From Cyanophyceae cyanobacterium (GTDB lineage Bacteria > Cyanobacteriota > Cyanobacteriia > Cyanobacteriales > Laspinemataceae), in NCBI GenBank assembly GCA_038321985.1, contig JBBQFN010000007.1, forward strand, positions 64,001-128,000: a stretch of 64,000 nucleotides of DNA, in the 5' to 3' direction. Position 1 is the first letter of the stretch. Every line of letters starts with the position of its first letter. A program made the position numbers and the translations under genes. Shown here in pieces: positions 10,885 to 21,152 of this stretch. Below the pieces are notes generated by a model. The model saw only the letters and a program-made list of their open reading frames with translations. It did not search any database and was not told the origin of the DNA.

Positions 10885-12171
10885 TTACTCCTTTAAAATC
10901 CCTAAATCTGTCACCAGTGGTAGATGATCTGAGCCAATATTAGGTCCTTTTCGAGTTTTTAAAACTTGAATTTTTTGATTTACAAAACAATGATCGATGG
11001 GGATGGAAAACAGGGGGTTAGGACTAGGCCAAGTGGGCATGATTCCAAACCCTGAACGTGCATTTTGAAGCTGGGCATTTTTGACAAACTTCTTATAAAT
11101 AGGAGACCATAGGCTGATATTAAAATCTCCTAGAACTATGGCCGGGGTATCTAAAGGGGCTACATAGTCGGAGAGTGCTTTTAACTGCTGATTTCGACTT
11201 TTAAATAGGTTTTTTGAGAGGGGAATATTAGTATGAGCTACCATAATAGACAAGATTTTTCCCGGCAAAGATATTTGGGCGATAACTCCTCGTTTTCTGG
11301 AGTCTAAACTCCCCTCATAAAACCGTTCTAATGGTAGGGAACTATACAAAGCTATATCTCCTTTTAATACCGCGTATGGCAGAATATCCCGTAAGGTTTC
11401 TAACTGTTCCTTCCATTTTCCCTTAACTTCCATAAATGCAGCAATGTCCGGAGTTTCTGATCGGACAAAAGTCAGCAGTTTTTCGTAATGTTGATTTTGG
11501 AATAAAAGGTTGGACTGCAAGACTTTAAGCGGAATTGAAGATTCAACCGGGGTAGCGATCGCTCGATTGGGCCAGTACCAAGGCGCAATTTCTGCCAAAT
11601 TTATCAGAATACAAATTAAACTAACAATAACCCAAGGCTTACGCCGTTTAAAAGTAAAATAAAATAGCCCAATTATTCCCCCTATCAAATATTGCAGCTT
11701 AAAATGAGAAGTCAAATCTAGGAGATAGGAAAACTCCCCAAAATATCCCAGGATAGAGAGCAAAATTATCCCTAAAACCCCTACTTTAAAACCATACTTC
11801 AATAAAAATTGAACTACCGTAAACCTTTGAGTTTCATTGTGTAAAACTACCCATTTCAGTTGGATTTTCAAAGGGTAGGAAAGGGGTAATTTTTCAATCT
11901 CTGCTAAGAGTGTATCCGCCGGTTCTAATTGCCTACGTTTTTGGTAAATTTTTATCAAGAGTGTATCAATGCAGCGATTAATTAACACATTTACGACTAA
12001 ACCCACCCCCACTAAAAAACCCAGACCTCCCAATAATTGAAACGGCCCGCCTAAGTTCTCTAATCCCGACCAAATTGCTGAATTTCCCGTTTTTCCCGTA
12101 GCTTGAATACTGAGAAAAAGAAATATCCCAGGAATAGCAAGAGTCATTCCGGTAATTATGAATTTATCCAT
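10885..12171 (-). CDS. Membrane-anchored endonuclease/exonuclease/phosphatase (YafD-like) with an extra N-terminal membrane module
   Basis: LKVLQSNL, PDIAAFMEV, IVLGDFN, PIDHCFV, GSDHLPL; several N-terminal TM segments. Confidence 0.88.
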   Translation of the reverse strand: MDKFIITGMTLAIPGIFLFLSIQATGKTGNSAIWSGLENLGGPFQLLGGLGFLVGVGLVVNVLINRCIDTLLIKIYQKRRQLEPADTLLAEIEKLPLSYPLKIQLKWVVLHNETQRFTVVQFLLKYGFKVGVLGIILLSILGYFGEFSYLLDLTSHFKLQYLIGGIIGLFYFTFKRRKPWVIVSLICILINLAEIAPWYWPNRAIATPVESSIPLKVLQSNLLFQNQHYEKLLTFVRSETPDIAAFMEVKGKWKEQLETLRDILPYAVLKGDIALYSSLPLERFYEGSLDSRKRGVIAQISLPGKILSIMVAHTNIPLSKNLFKSRNQQLKALSDYVAPLDTPAIVLGDFNISLWSPIYKKFVKNAQLQNARSGFGIMPTWPSPNPLFSIPIDHCFVNQKIQVLKTRKGPNIGSDHLPLVTDLGILKE

Positions 12172-12409
12172 GTTTTTTTAGGTCTTAAAGCTACTATTAA
12201 TCTGCTAAAACTCTTAAACGAATAATTAATAAAATTCGCTATTAAAGGGGGATAAAATCGAGAGATATTTACAAAAGAATACTTAAATTTAGCCATAAAT
12301 TCCCATACTAATCAAGTGCTTCTGATAATTTATTGATGGCACAAAGTAATGGCCGTCGCCATTACTTTGTTCTCCCCAAAAGCCTAATCGTCTCGGGTAC
12401 TTTTCTGTG

Positions 12410-13936
12410 CTACAAGCCTAAATCTGCTCCAATTCTATGAGCACAGGCAAACCCGGAAAAAGCGACGGCATTTAACCCTTGTCCCGGAAATGTACTATCT
12501 CCAACACAGTATAATCCCGGAATCGAAGTCCGGTTAAACGGCATTCCCAATAACCCTAACAACTTACGCCGAGGAATCGGTCCGTAAGTGCCATCGACGC
12601 GATTTAAAAAGCGGCGGTGCGATCGCGGGGTTCCGACTTCCATATAATCCAATCCGGCATCTAAACCGGGAAAAATCTCTTCTAAACGCTCAATGATTCG
12701 TCCCGCTGCTGCTTCTTTCTTCTCTTCATACTTATCGGATGACATTCCCTGCCAATCCTTAATCCAACTGGGAGTAAACGTATGAATGATATGATAGCCT
12801 TCCGGGGCTAAACTCGGATCCAACAGGGTTGGAATGGACACAAAAACAGTCCCCTCTGGTTCTTCCATCTTGTCCCAACTCTCTAATAGGATATGGTGAC
12901 AAGCAGTATCCGCAGGCAACACCCCAGCTTCTACTCCCAAATGCAAGCTAATAAAACTTGGCGATTGGCGATAGCGACTCCGCCAGGTTTGCTCTTTCTG
13001 AGGCAGTTGGCGATCGCCTAATAATTTGTCAAAGGTATCCCAACGCGTCGCATTAGAAACGATGCGCGGTGCTTGATATTCTTCTCCGGTTGTCAATCGC
13101 ACTCCGACAGCGCGTCCCTTTTTAGTGACAATTTGCTCCACCCGGGATTGATACCGAATGGTACTCCCTGCTTTGACTAATCCCTCGGCTAACTTTTTAG
13201 CAATTTGTCCGACGCCGCCTTTGGGATAGTTAATTCCCCCATAATGGCGATCGGAAAACACCATTCCAGCATTAATCATCGGGGTCATTTCTGCCGGAAC
13301 TACGGACCAACAATAGCATTCGATATCAATAAATTTCAGCAAGTCCGGATCTTTAATATACTTGCGGGCAATATCTCCAGCATTGAGGGGAAGATATTTG
13401 ACTAACCCCAAACAGGCGAGGGGATGCTGGAAAAATACCTCCATCAGATAGCGGGGTTCTTCCAGGGAAAGTAACGGCATTGCGTTAAGGCAGTTGAATA
13501 CTTTCCAGCATTCATCATAAAATTTGCGGATGCCCTCCTGTTCATTCGGAAAGCGATTGCCTAGTTCTTGCAAAAATTTGTCATAATCCCGGTGAACTTC
13601 TAGATCCAGTCCCTCGGGAAGATGATAGTGGATCTGCACTGGATCTGGAATCGTTTCGAGGTTCATCTTTACCGCATCCAAGGCACGGGTGAGCAGATTG
13701 GTGGTGCCTTTTTCACCAAATCCAAAGATCATCGAGGCCCCTTGATCGAAGCAATAGCCGTTGCGCTCAAAGGACCCGGAACTGCCTCCGGGAATGGTGT
13801 AGCTTTCGAGGACGAGGACCTTGGCTCCTTTGGCAGCGAGTTGGGTTGCGGTAACGAGTCCGCCAATGCCGGAACCGATAACGATAACATCAAAATTCTC
13901 AGTTTGGGGTGCGGTAGGGGGGGAAGCAACTGCCAT
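12410..13936 (-). CDS. crtH: Carotenoid (prolycopene) isomerase
   Basis: [12 protein letters not shown] motif, [34 protein letters not shown]. Start set at MAVASP. Confidence 0.93.
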   Translation of the reverse strand: MAVASPPTAPQTENFDVIVIGSGIGGLVTATQLAAKGAKVLVLESYTIPGGSSGSFERNGYCFDQGASMIFGFGEKGTTNLLTRALDAVKMNLETIPDPVQIHYHLPEGLDLEVHRDYDKFLQELGNRFPNEQEGIRKFYDECWKVFNCLNAMPLLSLEEPRYLMEVFFQHPLACLGLVKYLPLNAGDIARKYIKDPDLLKFIDIECYCWSVVPAEMTPMINAGMVFSDRHYGGINYPKGGVGQIAKKLAEGLVKAGSTIRYQSRVEQIVTKKGRAVGVRLTTGEEYQAPRIVSNATRWDTFDKLLGDRQLPQKEQTWRSRYRQSPSFISLHLGVEAGVLPADTACHHILLESWDKMEEPEGTVFVSIPTLLDPSLAPEGYHIIHTFTPSWIKDWQGMSSDKYEEKKEAAAGRIIERLEEIFPGLDAGLDYMEVGTPRSHRRFLNRVDGTYGPIPRRKLLGLLGMPFNRTSIPGLYCVGDSTFPGQGLNAVAFSGFACAHRIGADLGL

Positions 13937-14172
13937 GAGTTGTATCGTGCGATCGCCTAAAGGGTTATAAATCAGATATCTTCCAACATAGCACCGCACC
14001 CACATCACTGCTCCCAGTCAGGTTTAAGGGACAGCCGGATGTGGGTTTCACAGACAATGCCGCAAGCTATGGGCTTATTTATTGTAGGGGAATTTCTAGA
14101 CCAGGGGCGCAGTTGCCTGGTTATTGTTGCCTCCGGGTCATTAGCCCACAGAGGCCCCAGGCTTTTTTCCCC

Positions 14173-14248
14173 AAAAAAAATACGGGACTAGCCGCTTGTG
14201 CTGACTAATCCCGCCTGCCGATCCTTTTTAAGAGGAGAACACTTTAGT
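14173..14248 (-). ncRNA. isaR1: IsaR1 iron-stress small RNA
   Basis: Minus strand reads ACTAAAGTGTTCTCCTCTTAAAAAGGATCGGCAGGCGGGATTAGTCAGCACAAGCGGCTAGTCCCGTATTTTTTTT: anti-SD seed GUGUUCUCCUCU, terminator hairpin and U-tract. The crtH/upp neighbourhood matches what I recall for IsaR1. Confidence 0.85.
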
Positions 14249-14254
14249 AACTCC

Positions 14255-14300
14255 ACTATAAAGTTATTGAAAAAGTTTGTCAATACTTATTGAGAAATTT
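14255..14300 (-). promoter_or_regulatory. isaR1 promoter with overlapping Fur-box-like operator
   Basis: TTGACA (14283-14278), 17 nt, TATAGT (14260-14255). AT-rich palindrome TCAATA-CT-TATTGA (14280-14293) overlaps the -35. Confidence 0.75.
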
Positions 14301-14458
14301 TTTCAAAAGAAATTTAATTTAATTTACGAATTAACAACAGGTAACTAAATCCGGGGAAAATAACGATCGCCCAAGGATTAACAAAGCAGACGCAGAAGGC
14401 AGTACAATCGGTCAGGTCTCCAACCTAGAACAAGACAAGCGATCGCCTGTGAAAGCCC

Positions 14459-15109
14459 ATGACCATACAAATGCGAGTTTATGTGCCGCCGCATCCGTTG
14501 ATCAAGCACTGGCTTGGGGTTGCTCGGGATGCGGGAACCCCATCTCCCCTGTTTCGTAGTGCCATCATCGAGTTAGGACGTTGGCTGACTTACGAAGCCT
14601 GTCGCGAGTGGTTGCCTGTTATAGAAACCACCATCGAAACCCCCCTAGCCCCTTGTGCCGCCACCTTTGTCAATCCAGAAGTGCCGGTGGTGGTGGTGCC
14701 GATCCTGCGTGCGGGTTTAGCCCTCATGGAAGGGGTACAGCCGGTGCTACCCTTAGCGGCGGTGTATCATTTGGGTATGGTCCGGGACGAAGAAACCCTG
14801 GAAGCGCGATGTTATTTAAACAAACTCCCGGATAAAATGGACCCCCAAACCCGGGTTCTCATCTGCGAACCGATGTTAGCAACGGGGGGAACGATTATGG
14901 CAACAATGGCTCTCCTAACTGAGCGCGGTGTGGATCCGGGGATGATTAGAATCCTGTCCGTGGTGGTGGCATCCCCAGCACTCCAGAAATTGAGTCAAGC
15001 CTATCCAAACTTGAATATTTACACCGCTTGCATTGATGAAAATCTGAATGAAAACGGCTATATTGTGCCTGGATTGGGAGATGCCGGCGATCGCGCGTTT
15101 GCCACTTAA
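14459..15109 (+). CDS. upp: Uracil phosphoribosyltransferase
   Basis: HPLIKHWL, VPILRAGL, PMLATGGT, IVPGLGDAGDR. Confidence 0.96.
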   Translation: MTIQMRVYVPPHPLIKHWLGVARDAGTPSPLFRSAIIELGRWLTYEACREWLPVIETTIETPLAPCAATFVNPEVPVVVVPILRAGLALMEGVQPVLPLAAVYHLGMVRDEETLEARCYLNKLPDKMDPQTRVLICEPMLATGGTIMATMALLTERGVDPGMIRILSVVVASPALQKLSQAYPNLNIYTACIDENLNENGYIVPGLGDAGDRAFAT

Positions 15110-15403
15110 AAACCCGCTCTTAGTCCTTATCCCGTAAGGTATTCAGTCGGATTTATCTGACTTCAGCTATTATTTAGGAGGGCTTGAACCCCCGCTGTTT
15201 GTCTTCAACCCGATAGGCAGCATCAGGATTAAAAAAACGTAGTCCTGCCCGGGGTTTAGACCGGATAAAGAAGCGGAAATTACCCGCCCCAATATGTTAT
15301 GATCTCAAGCATTAAGAGGGGTTCCTAAGAGCATGGATTCCCAGGGTAGAAATTGCAATAAGCCACAAGTAAAAGAAGCAGCAACTCAAGACAGGGTAAA
15401 GCA

Positions 15404-15736
15404 ATGAGTAATCGAGATAATTTTGCAGGCGGATTTTTACTGGGAACAATTTTAGGCGGCATTGTGGGTGGGGCGATCGGGGCGATCGTCGGTGCGAAAC
15501 TAGCAGAAGACAACACTCCACTCGAAAACGGTAACCGCCCAGAAGCTAGACCCCGCAAATTGAAAAAACGGCAGTTTGCCGAACAAGCTGGAATGGAAAC
15601 AGCACGCCGTTCTTTGGAAAACAAAATCGCTCAACTCAATGAAACCATTGATGATGTGCGGCAACAACTGAATCATGTAAACGGTGCTGCCGTTGATGAA
15701 AGCGAGAGCCTTTCACCCCTGATGGAAGAATCCTAA
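15404..15736 (+). CDS. Conserved hypothetical protein (Gly-rich TM plus coiled coil, YtxH-like)
   Basis: FAGGFLLGTILGGIVGG TM segment, then ARRSLENKIAQLNETIDDVR; usual upp-X-yggT order. Confidence 0.8.
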   Translation: MSNRDNFAGGFLLGTILGGIVGGAIGAIVGAKLAEDNTPLENGNRPEARPRKLKKRQFAEQAGMETARRSLENKIAQLNETIDDVRQQLNHVNGAAVDESESLSPLMEES

Positions 15737-15882
15737 GGGGATCTAAACGTTGCCACGACTAGGCGATCGCCCTGTTCGTTTGAAATTCGGGAATCCGACT
15801 GCATAAACAGCGGCGATCGACTACACTAAAAACAAGGCTCTATAGACCTTGAAGCGAAATAGTCCCAGCGAATAAACCCATT

Positions 15883-16167
15883 ATGAATCCCGCAATAGAC
15901 TTAATTTTCAGCACCCTAGCTGCATTTTTTCAAATTTATTTCGTCCTGTTGATCATTCGGATTCTCTTAAGTTGGTTTCCCAATGTCAATTGGTATGATC
16001 CGCCGTTTTCCATTGTCAGTCAGCTTACGGACCCTTACCTAAATATTTTCCGGTCTTTTATTCCGCCCTTGGGGGGGATCGATTTTTCTCCAATTTTGGC
16101 AATTTTGCTGTTGCAATTTATCTCCGGGTTCTTCAGCAGCATCCCGAGTTCAGCAGTTGGGTTTTAG
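15883..16167 (+). CDS. ycf19: YggT/Ycf19 family membrane protein
   Basis: LLIIRILLSWFP, LTDPYLNIFRSFIPPLGGIDFSP. Confidence 0.92.
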   Translation: MNPAIDLIFSTLAAFFQIYFVLLIIRILLSWFPNVNWYDPPFSIVSQLTDPYLNIFRSFIPPLGGIDFSPILAILLLQFISGFFSSIPSSAVGF

Positions 16168-16224
16168 CCCCCGGCTTCCCACCCTTTCTAGTGAGAATCC
16201 CATTCCCGGGTTACTCCGGATCAT

Positions 16225-16255
16225 AAAAGCGGCGAGATCAAACTCGCCGCTTTTT
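16225..16255. terminator. Bidirectional intrinsic terminator
   Basis: AAAAGCGGCGAG-atcaaa-CTCGCCGCTTTTT between convergent genes. Confidence 0.85.
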
Positions 16256-16290
16256 GTTGAGGCAGAGGGCGGAGTAGGAAGAGAGTAGGC

Positions 16291-16779
16291 TTAATCCAGA
16301 CTGTTGTCATAGAGTAACGGTTTGACACGCCCGCTAAATCCCCGCGCCTTGAATTTTTCTAATGTTAGCGGCGTGGGGAGATTCGCTGGAACAGAGATTC
16401 TGAACTCAAAATCGCTATTTCCTGGGGGTACGGACTGAATATTGCCCAGACGGGTACGATTCGGCATGATATTGTTGCCATTAGCATCATAAATCACCCC
16501 AAATACATCGGCATCGTAAACGGGTTTACCAGAGGGATTTTTAGCGGTTCCGCTAATGATAAAGCAGTTGGCTGCACTCATATCGCCACTGGCTACGATG
16601 CCCTCTGAGAGTTCTTCTCCACAGTCTTTGTAGGCGATATTGGCAACTTGGATATCGGTTAGGGCTAAAGCCGGAGGACTAAACCACACAGAGGCGATCG
16701 CGATCGCCAACAGAAGGATTATCCTCGTCCATCGGGATAATCCCATAATTAGGCTGCGGGAGGTTGGGAACCCTTTCAT
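16291..16779 (-). CDS. Secreted conserved hypothetical protein (Ig-like, FxLYD-like)
   Basis: Signal peptide ending PALA; paired Cys; ADVFGVIYDANGN. True start may be 16746. Confidence 0.75.
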   Translation of the reverse strand: MKGFPTSRSLIMGLSRWTRIILLLAIAIASVWFSPPALALTDIQVANIAYKDCGEELSEGIVASGDMSAANCFIISGTAKNPSGKPVYDADVFGVIYDANGNNIMPNRTRLGNIQSVPPGNSDFEFRISVPANLPTPLTLEKFKARGFSGRVKPLLYDNSLD

Positions 16780-16943
16780 GATCAGAATACCTCGGGATAG
16801 GGGACGGTGGGAATCAGATAAAAAAACAGCGGCGGGATACGCAAAACTATTGCTAAAAAACAGCTTACCGCGAATTCGGGTCGAGGGGAAAAGCCCGAGG
16901 CTGACTGCCAGAACCCTAGTATTTGGGGGTTAATTCGGATTTG

Positions 16944-17810
16944 TTAGACCCCCAAATACTGATGCAAGGCTTGACGCATGACATCAACGGGGACCGGGCG
17001 ATCGACCCAAATTTTTAGGGCGGCAGCCCCCTGTTGGACTAACATTTCTAATCCATCGATCGCCTCTGCGCCCACTTCCTGCGCCTGGCGCAAAAATTCC
17101 GTCGGATTGGGGGTGTAAATCAAATCATAAGCAATTGCCCCCTTGGGCAGGGTGGCGAGAATATCTCCTGTAACCGGCGATCGATTTACATCAGGAGACA
17201 TTCCCACCGGGGTTGAATTTACCAGCAATCCCGCCTGGGGTATTAATTGCGGCAATTCCTGCCATTCATGTACCGAGAGATTCACGGGCAACGGAGAATG
17301 CTGCCAACTGGCTTTAAATGCCTGTAATTTCTCCCAATTGCGCCCTACTACAGAGATTTTGGCACAGCCTAACTGAGCACAACCTGCCACCACGGCCCTT
17401 GCCGCACCCCCAGCCCCTAAAATCACGGCGCTGGTTTGATTCCAGAGGCGATCAGAAACCTGGAGGGGGGCGAGAAATCCCTCTACATCCGTATTGGTGC
17501 CTGCCCAACCCGTCGGAGTGCGCCATACCGTATTCACCGCCCCCACTGCCTCAGCAACCGGGGAAATTTCCGACAGCAGGGGAATAATGGCCTGTTTGTG
17601 AGGGATGGTAATGCTAAATCCACCCATTCCTATGGCGGCTAATCCCGCGATCGCCGTGGGTAAATCCTTCGGTGCGATCGGGCAAGGCAAATAGACAAAA
17701 TCCTCCCCCATTTGGGCGATCGCCGCATTGTGCATGACTGGGGAAAGAGAATGCTTCACCGGGTAACCGATGACACCCAGTAATTGAGTGGTTCCTGTAA
17801 TTGTTTGCAT
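16944..17810 (-). CDS. aroE: Shikimate dehydrogenase
   Basis: HSLSPVMHN, TIPHKQ, GAVNT, NTDVEGF, GAGGAARA, DGLEMLVQQG. Confidence 0.97.
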   Translation of the reverse strand: MQTITGTTQLLGVIGYPVKHSLSPVMHNAAIAQMGEDFVYLPCPIAPKDLPTAIAGLAAIGMGGFSITIPHKQAIIPLLSEISPVAEAVGAVNTVWRTPTGWAGTNTDVEGFLAPLQVSDRLWNQTSAVILGAGGAARAVVAGCAQLGCAKISVVGRNWEKLQAFKASWQHSPLPVNLSVHEWQELPQLIPQAGLLVNSTPVGMSPDVNRSPVTGDILATLPKGAIAYDLIYTPNPTEFLRQAQEVGAEAIDGLEMLVQQGAAALKIWVDRPVPVDVMRQALHQYLGV

Positions 17811-18130
17811 GGCCTAAAAAAGCGGATTGCTCATACCTTTTATAGAATACGGTTAGAGTAGGGTTCTAACCACTGTCTCGCCCCTAGATTCTATGTCACA
17901 ATTTTGAATAAGAAACCCAAATCTGCACATTTGGGTCAGGGTTGTGAAGGGCAGGTTAGAAAGCAAAACACTAAACATCAGGGAATTCTACTGAAATATT
18001 AGGGGTGTTTATTATCTCAAGCATTGACTTGTACATTGACAACTCTCTCCTGTGATACCTGCTCCCATCTGTTTGCACCGATGGTTTGGGGTACATTCCC
18101 TATGATGCTCTCTTGGACTAAAACTTTATC

Positions 18131-19231
18131 ATGAAAAGACTCACCTATATTAGTAAATTTTCCCGTCCGCTCTCTCGTGAAGAAATCCAAGAGATCGGTC
18201 GGGTATCTAGCCAGAACAATCATCGAGAAAATGTTACGGGTGTTTTGCTCTGTTTGGGAGGAATATTTTTTCAAATTCTAGAAGGTGAAAGAGAGAGAAT
18301 TGACAGAATTTATGAACGAATTCTCACCGATGATCGCCATACGGACATTCTCTGTTTAAAGTCGGAGGTTGACGTAGAGGACCGGATGTTTCCGGATTGG
18401 TCCATGCAAACAATTAACCTCGATGAAAATACCGATATTTTAATTCGGCCTATTAAGGCTTTATTGCAGACCCTAACGGAATCGCATCGAATTTTAGAAA
18501 AATACACGCAACCTAGTATTTTTAGAATTATTAATCAAGGGATTAATCCTTTGACGATTCGGCCTAAAGCTGTAGAAAAAATTGTGTTCTTTAGCGATAT
18601 TGTTTCTTTTTCTACCTTTGCGGAGAAACTGCCGGTAGAAGAAGTAGTTTCTTTAGTTAATAGTTATTTTTCTATTTGTACAGCCATTATTACCCAGCAT
18701 GGGGGAGAGGTGACTAAATTTATCGGAGATTGCGTAATGGCCTATTTTGATGGCGATCGCGCTGATGAAGCAATCCAGGCCAGTTTAGATATTTTGGCAG
18801 AACTGGAAATTTTCCGCAATTCTTCCTTAGAAGGCAGTCCGTCGCGGGTTCTCTATAGTGGCATTGGGCTGGCAAAAGGGAGAGTGATTGAGGGAAATAT
18901 TGGATCTGAATTGAAAAAAGATTATACCATATTAGGGGACGCGGTGAATATAGCCGCTCGTTTGGAGGCGTTAACTCGTCAGCTATCCCAAGCCTTAGTT
19001 TTTTCCGGCGATGTCAAAAATAGCGCGACGAAATCCTGGAATTTTATCTGGCTTTCTGATACGGAACTGAAAGGGAAATCGGAATCGATTGATATTTACT
19101 CAATTGATGATGAAATGACCCAAAAATCTAGCAGAGGATTGGAAATTGCCCGCAATATTGGGCATTATTTGGAACGAGTAGGTGATCGCCAACCTAGTCA
19201 GATTTTTGGAGTAAAAAGTTTACCTTTATAA
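18131..19231 (+). CDS. Photoactivated adenylyl cyclase (BLUF plus class III cyclase), OaPAC-like
   Basis: BLUF residues Y6, FFQILEG, RMFPDWSM; cyclase motifs FSDIVSFST, KFIGDCVM, GDAVNIAARLE; 366 aa with an OaPAC-like C-terminus. Confidence 0.95.
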   Translation: MKRLTYISKFSRPLSREEIQEIGRVSSQNNHRENVTGVLLCLGGIFFQILEGERERIDRIYERILTDDRHTDILCLKSEVDVEDRMFPDWSMQTINLDENTDILIRPIKALLQTLTESHRILEKYTQPSIFRIINQGINPLTIRPKAVEKIVFFSDIVSFSTFAEKLPVEEVVSLVNSYFSICTAIITQHGGEVTKFIGDCVMAYFDGDRADEAIQASLDILAELEIFRNSSLEGSPSRVLYSGIGLAKGRVIEGNIGSELKKDYTILGDAVNIAARLEALTRQLSQALVFSGDVKNSATKSWNFIWLSDTELKGKSESIDIYSIDDEMTQKSSRGLEIARNIGHYLERVGDRQPSQIFGVKSLPL

Positions 19232-19274
19232 ACCGGAGGATGGGGTGCATCTTTCTCTACATCCAAGCGCCCGT

Positions 19275-19309
19275 AAGGTGGCTCAGCTGAGTCGAAGCTG
19301 AGCCACCTT
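19275..19309. terminator. Perfect 14-bp hairpin after the PAC gene
   Basis: AAGGTGGCTCAGCT-gagtcga-AGCTGAGCCACCTT; no U-tract, so it may be a stabiliser or REP rather than a terminator. Confidence 0.5.
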
Positions 19310-20147
19310 GCGCAGTCAAAGCACTGCTTTATCTATGTAGCCCCCGCCTCCAGGGGCGGTAGGGGCTCAGGGAAATCCCGTTTCCTCTGTGGCAATCTCT
19401 TGGTGGCGATCGCCCCCCTGGAAAACCCAGTCTATAAAATTTTGGTAAATCTCCCCTAATTTTTTAAAAAAACTTTATAATAACTTTAAGTGAATCAGGG
19501 AACCCCATTTTAAGCGGGACTCAATGAATCCCTAAACCGAATTTTCCACAAGGTTTAGGGGACTCTCTACCTCCTCAAAATTCCCTAAATTTTTACCCTC
19601 TTTACAGATTGACAGGGATCAAATTTTGTGCAGGATTTACCCTTGAATCTAGGATAAACTCGGTCTTGTGCCTACGTTGTTAATCCTCCTAACAAAGCGT
19701 GGACTGACGCTTAAAAGCGGGTTTCTACCGATCAAACCTAGATAATAATTCGGAAAATCCAGGTCTTTAAACCCCAGTTTGGGTGGGTCGGGATCACTCC
19801 GGAAACAATTCAGCACAAAGATAGAGTGACTGAGGGTAAAGCATATATCAAACTAATAAGTGAGGGATGTCCAAGTGGGTTCAATGAAGCTCTAGGGAAT
19901 TTCCCCCCCCCCTAAAATCTGAACCCAAAAACCGGGTGTCGGACTTGAATTGTGAGTTTTAACTGAAATATGGGTTGCCCAGCCCCATTTCAAAAAAAGT
20001 GTCTCTTGGGGTCAACAATGACCCTCAGTTCTACGGGCTCAATTGGACCCTAAAATCTCTAGATTGCAAAGTTATCTTTGATAATTTTTGGCAGGAATCA
20101 TCCATTCAATTAACTTATTTTCACTTATTTTTCCGAGGTATTACCCC

Positions 20148-21041
20148 ATGAAACGTTTGAGTCTAACCCTGGCATCTACTGCTTTCGCTACCCTCGGCAT
20201 TTTGGGTACAACACCCTCCCCTGTCCGAGCTTTTTCTTTAACCCAATCGAATCCCCTTAAAATTATGCCATTAGGGGATTCTAATACCCGCGGTAAAGGT
20301 TCTGACGTTGCTGGCTATCGAGACGACCTCTGGATGCTGCTGAATGATAACGGATTCAATGTTGATTTTGTCGGTAGTGCTACTACTAATTCCCCCACAA
20401 CTTGGGATCAACCCTATGCCTTCGATCGCAATCATGAAGGTCATGGGGGGTATGCTATTAGTGGGAACACCTACGCCGGTGGCGGTGATTTGATGTCCAA
20501 TATTGATAACTGGCTAAATGCGGCCACTCCCGATGTCATCTTGTTAATGGCTGGAACCAACGACTTTATCTTTCAAAATACCACCGCCCAGGAAACAGTT
20601 AATGAACTGGGTACATTAATTGATAAAATATTTGCCTGGTCTTCTGATGTTTATGTATTGATTAGCTCGATCGCCCCCTTAGCGCCGAATCAAGGATTAT
20701 CCCAGGAAGCGGCCTTATACAATGATCTAATTCCCGGTCTGTTAGGAGGCGATCGCTATCAACAGAATAAGCTCTCTTTTGTCGATAACCGGAATTTATT
20801 TACCCTAGGCGATCTCTATGATGGCATTCACTTTACACCTAAGGGTTACACAACCTTAGCAAACGCCTGGTTTGATGGGATTGTCACCGCCGCGAATTCC
20901 AGTAATCCTACTCCGGAAACTCCCGGAGAAGACCCCTCAGTTTCTATTCCCGAACCCACTTCTGTATTGGGCCTCTTAACATTCGGTTTAGTTGGCGCAG
21001 GGTCGTTACGCAAACGCCGCCAGAGCTCAACCCCTTCCTAG
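20148..21041 (+). CDS. SGNH/GDSL hydrolase with PEP-CTERM sorting signal
   Basis: Signal peptide; GDSNT, HEGHGG, AGTND, DGIH; C-terminal IPEPTSVLGLLTFGLVGAGSLRKRR. Confidence 0.92.
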   Translation: MKRLSLTLASTAFATLGILGTTPSPVRAFSLTQSNPLKIMPLGDSNTRGKGSDVAGYRDDLWMLLNDNGFNVDFVGSATTNSPTTWDQPYAFDRNHEGHGGYAISGNTYAGGGDLMSNIDNWLNAATPDVILLMAGTNDFIFQNTTAQETVNELGTLIDKIFAWSSDVYVLISSIAPLAPNQGLSQEAALYNDLIPGLLGGDRYQQNKLSFVDNRNLFTLGDLYDGIHFTPKGYTTLANAWFDGIVTAANSSNPTPETPGEDPSVSIPEPTSVLGLLTFGLVGAGSLRKRRQSSTPS

Positions 21042-21152
21042 AGTATATCCCCCCAATTACAGACCGCTTGCAAGAGATTAAAAAGCCGGTTGGCATTATT
21101 AAAGGGGGGGGTGGGGGGATTAGGTCAGAAACGAGTTTTACCTAAAGTATAA

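Noticed and set aside
19542..19550. TTTTCCACA DnaA-box match inside a hairpin loop
   Set aside because: A single box with no cluster and no dnaA/dnaN context; not an origin.
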